64,000 nt of DNA from the NCBI GenBank assembly GCA_964188305.1, contig OZ076892.1. One strand, written 5' to 3'. Of the stretch, positions 59,992 to 64,000 are shown piece after piece. Source of the stretch: Podarcis bocagei (Eukaryota). Position 1 is the first letter of the stretch. The number at the start of each line of letters is the position of its first letter. Made by a program: the position numbers and the translations under genes. Below the pieces are notes generated by a model that worked only from the letters and a program-made list of their open reading frames with translations, ran no database searches and was not told the DNA's origin.

Positions 59992-60398
59992 GTATCCCAG
60001 TTGGTTGGCATTTGCTAAAGCACTGTAGCTCTGTAGTAGAGCACATGATTTGGGAAAGGTTCCAAGTTCAATCTCTGGTATCCATAGCTTTAAAAATGAG
60101 GTAGCTGGAGAACCACTTCCAGACTGTAGCTTCCTGTGCTGAAAACCACAAGTGAATGGCCCGCAATCTGGACACATGTAGCCCTCATGGGTCTTGCCTG
60201 TGGCTCCCAGTTGCCCATCCTGCTGCTGATTTTTACCAGACTGGAATAAGAATATCATTAAGGATCTCGCCCAAAAACCCAACAATGTAGGGGCCACATG
60301 TATCTCCCTAGGGAGGGCATTTCAGTGACATGGAACCAGAACAGAGAAATCTCTTCCCTGTAGAACTCACCAACATGACAGTTCTCAGCAGGCAGGGG

Positions 60399-61052
60399 TG
60401 AAGCACGTGAAAGTAAGTGGGTACTCGCTAGGTGCAAAATAAGGACCAGGCAGACTCAGCAATGGAGAATAAGAAGGTGAGGTTTATTGCCAGGCAATAA
60501 GGACCCAGTTTGGAATCTCTTCCAAAAGGAACTGGGACCCCGATTGACAGAAGTCCAGAGGTCTTTATACCTGAGCAAATCACAGCAAATCATAGATCAT
60601 GAGACAACCATGAGGGATTCACAATATTGTCAGTGAGAATCAGCCAATCAGCAAGCTCTTGTCACGCTACCAGCTCCTGGTCAAGCACAGAGTTCAAGTT
60701 CTGCTTTCCGATGCTTGCAGTGACGCTCTGTCTAACCTTTCCCCTAGTTATGACAGGACAGGGAGTTTGGAGATTTTGTGGTTTTGCTCTTCCTGTTCTG
60801 TGGATTAATTTAGCCTGTATCTGAGGGGATTTTGTACCAGAATCTCTGATTCACGTCTTCCCCTTGTCCAGGGTACACGGATGTTTGTAGGGGAAAGGTC
60901 GGTTCCTAACTTTGCTGTTCCAAGCAGTTTGCAGTTAGCTAAGGCACAGCTTCCCTTTTGATTCAAAATGGATTATAAAATACTGTAAGCCTTGATTATG
61001 TGTAAGCATATATGAATATATTGATTACTGATAAGTGATTATATGGATAGCA
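60399..61052 (-). mobile_element. Probable ERV-type solo LTR
   Basis: Minus-strand order: CCAAT box (~60645), TATAAA (~60564), AATAAA (~60483); CAAAATGG motif at ~60964; TG...CA ends flanked by CAGGGG / TAGGGG. Confidence 0.5.
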
Positions 61053-62732
61053 TAGGGGTAGCCCTTCTTCCTTGCCTCAAGGGCAGGTTTAGGGATATGT
61101 GAGCAGTGCATGTGCACTGAACTCTGAGGCAAGGGGTGCTGTCTCAAAGCTCGGTAAGCAAGGCACTGGGCTTTGGAAGGAGGTGTGAGGTTCTGACAGG
61201 GTCCTAGAGTCTTCCTTCCTCCTTCCATGTACCCTCCAAATCCATTGCAGCATGGACTTCACTAGTCACACTGTTTTTTGTGGGGAGGACTGAGTAGGAA
61301 TGTGGGGGCATGCCCAAATTGGCCTTCGGGTGCCTCTTTTTCACCTACAACACACTATTGGATGTTATCTGTATGACTGGTGCAGTGTTCTTTAATTTGG
61401 TCCAATTGGAATTTCACCCGGGCAGGTGAGTGTACTTCAGAAATGCTCGCATCAATACCTGAGGCATTTATTGAATTTAGGGCACTCTTTAGTCACCTTC
61501 CATGGGCTGTGCCTTAGAGGTTCCTGGGGGTGCCCTTTATGCCTGGTCATTGCTCTGGGGTGAACATTGGCCAGCAGGGCCACCGTGTGCCTGTCAGGTT
61601 CATATACTCAAGGGACACACAGTGGAGAGGGAAGAGTCTCTTGAAACAGCCTTATGTGGCCACAGTATGTCATTGCAAGATGTTCCAGGAGATGGGGGTT
61701 AGAATCCCCCCATTTATTTATTTTTACAACTCGCCTGCCCAGACATATTTGCTCTGGCTTAATTAGGTTGGTTTTGCAGATCCTCTAATTGTTAAACATA
61801 ATCAATCTAACCTGCTTACCCACAATAATGTTTGTAACAAATCTTCTTTCTGGTGTTCTGCCAGTGCTCTTGTGCTCAAGTCCTGTTTGTGGGTTACTTC
61901 CCTGATCCATTGGGATCAGGACCTTTGCAGCCTGGGTATCTTCGTACAAGTGTTGTTGTTGTTAATGTCTGTTGTTATTGTATTGTTTTGCCATTTTAAT
62001 GTTTTGTGCTGGTGAACATGTTTTTAGAATATTAAGTGGTCTGGAAGTGCTTATAAACAAATAAAAAAAGTAAACTAGTCCAAACAGAGGTAACCAATGA
62101 GGTAACCTCAAAATATAAGCCACTCACTCAACCTACTACTTTCTTGTGTAGAGAGCAAGAGAAACTCTTACTTTCAAGACGAAGTGCCAGTTCTCAAAGA
62201 CCTTGTCCTCAATCATCGTCATCCTCCACCCACAAGGTCCATTGGTATTCTAGATCATCACTCATTTCTCTCAGATACGGAGCACCTGCTGTGTTGACAA
62301 TCGCTTTGCTTTTCCCTTCCGTGCTTTTGATCCAAACAAACACTGGGCTGAGAAAATGCATATGTATGCATGGACACCTTCATTGAAGGGAGAAGAGCAG
62401 GGATGGAAGCCGACCAGAATGAAGGGAGATTTGGGTTGGGCTGCCATCGCATCTTTGGGTGGGTGGAACTCACGATGCTTGGTTGCTTGATTGAAAAGTG
62501 CACCATTGTGCATATTTGCAGAATCTTGTCTGGCAAGGCTGATTTATTCAGCAATACAGCAGCCAGCAAAAAACAAAAACATAGACCCACCTGCTCCCAA
62601 GCAAAAGCAGATGAGAATGAAGGACAGTTGATAGCATGAAAGGCATATGAATTAGGATAATGTTTTCAGAGATGACTCCACATTTGCATCTGGGCCTGTG
62701 TTTTTCTAGCTAAGGGGAAGCCGTGGGAACAG

Positions 62733-62972
62733 TTATTATTTATTATTATTTATTACATTTATATATGACTTTTTCCTCCAGTGATCTCAATGTGGTGTAC
62801 ATGGTTCCCTTCCTCCCTATTTTTAGCCTCACAACAACCCTGTGAGGCTGAGAGATGGTGACTGGTCCAAAGTCACCCAATGAGCTTCATGACTGAGTGG
62901 GGGCGGCGGTTTGAACCCTGGTCTCCCAGATCGTAGTGAAACACTCTAACCAATACACCACGCTGGCTCTCT
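62733..62972 (-). mobile_element. MIR/Ther1-like (Squam3A-type) SINE, full length
   Basis: TTATT tail...CTCACAACAACCCTGTGAGG...GTCACCCAATGAGCTTCATGACTGAG...TTTGAACCCTGGTCTCCCAG...TACACCACGCTGGCTCTC. Confidence 0.87.
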
Positions 62973-64000
62973 GTTTCAGATAGTATTCTTAGTGCTATTG
63001 CAATGGTCTTTTGACTCAAGTTGCCCCAAATATGCAACTTTCTGGAACAAACCAACAGTTTTTGGTGGGGCAGTCATTCTGCCTGACATTTGACCTAGGC
63101 AGTGTGTTACCATAACTTACAGGAGGGATGGGACACCGGTGCAATTGGATCATGACTCCCATCCACCCTGACCACCAGTCATGCCAGCTGGGGTTGCCAC
63201 AGGATCCCCATCCCCGGCTTCATAGGGTGGTTGCAAATGCATGAACATGCACAGTTCATATTGCAATATGCTGGAACCTTGGTTTGAAGAGCTGTATGCT
63301 ATGGTTCCAATATCCATTATGCCAGCTGGGCCGTCCAGAAGTCTCTCTTTCAGTAGTGATGCATAGGGACACCCTCTGGACAGTATTCTTAACCTTTGTA
63401 GTTTCAATAATGAATAAAAAGGCTTCCATACTCCCTCCATTATTATTTATACTCCTTGGATAGGCCAAATTATTGATGGCATTACTTTTTAGAGTTCTTC
63501 GATCCTCACTGGCAGCAGCTCTGAGCTTGCATAAGCCGACGGAAAGGATTGTTGTAGGTCAGCAGTACATACTGACCTTTTCCTTATCTTAAATTAATGA
63601 AAGGATCAGTGTGTAAGACTCACCTAGAAGATCCTTAACTCCCTACTCTAAGATAAATTATAGTTCTCGTTCCTAGACAACTGAAGCATAGCCCTGCTGC
63701 AAGTGATGCCTGCTCAGAACTAAGATGGAGGAAAAGCCAGAGTTTAGGGGTGAATCAGAAAATGAGTTTCAGGTGGGCAGAGAATTCAGTCCTGCAGTGG
63801 TCTTCTCCCCCTGTGTGTACCCTGCAGAAAATGCACAGTGGCTGCCTGCCCCTTTTCCCCACCTGCCACCCCCACCTCTTGCAAGATCACTTGGGGTGAA
63901 GACCCAGCCCAACCCAGGGTGATCCAGGACTGTCATCACATGACTCAGCTGAAGTTCAGATCACTCCAAATCAGCCTGATTCTGTTTGGGCTTCAGCCAA

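Overview
Vertebrate genomic DNA, not microbial. The repeat complement (Sauria/Squam1 SINEs, Squam3/MIR-like SINEs, RTE-BovB, two CR1 lineages, L2, hAT and Tc1/mariner MITEs) points to a squamate, most likely a lacertid lizard. I found no recognisable host protein-coding exon, intact transposon ORF, rRNA, functional tRNA or CRISPR array. The informative ORFs in the track are dead LINE fragments (CR1 ORF2 at 7.5-9.4 kb, BovB at 3.1-3.5 kb, L2 C-termini). The window reads as a large intron or gene desert: TE-rich stretches alternate with TE-free blocks rich in homeobox/SOX/POU motifs that resemble conserved non-coding elements. There are two assembly gaps. I see no convincing new multi-gene system. 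The best leads are: (1) tRNA-Ile-headed SINEs with a GAT anticodon, possibly a reverse-transcribed fossil of inosine-34; (2) different tRNA heads (Ile, Lys, Asn, Ala) on CR1-type tails; (3) a ~185-bp micro-inversion that splits a CR1 copy; (4) a very young CpG-rich hAT MITE with a perfect 8-bp TSD; (5) enhancer-like blocks and one candidate 117-nt cassette exon. Family names come from recalled consensus sequences, not database searches, and boundaries of old elements are approximate.
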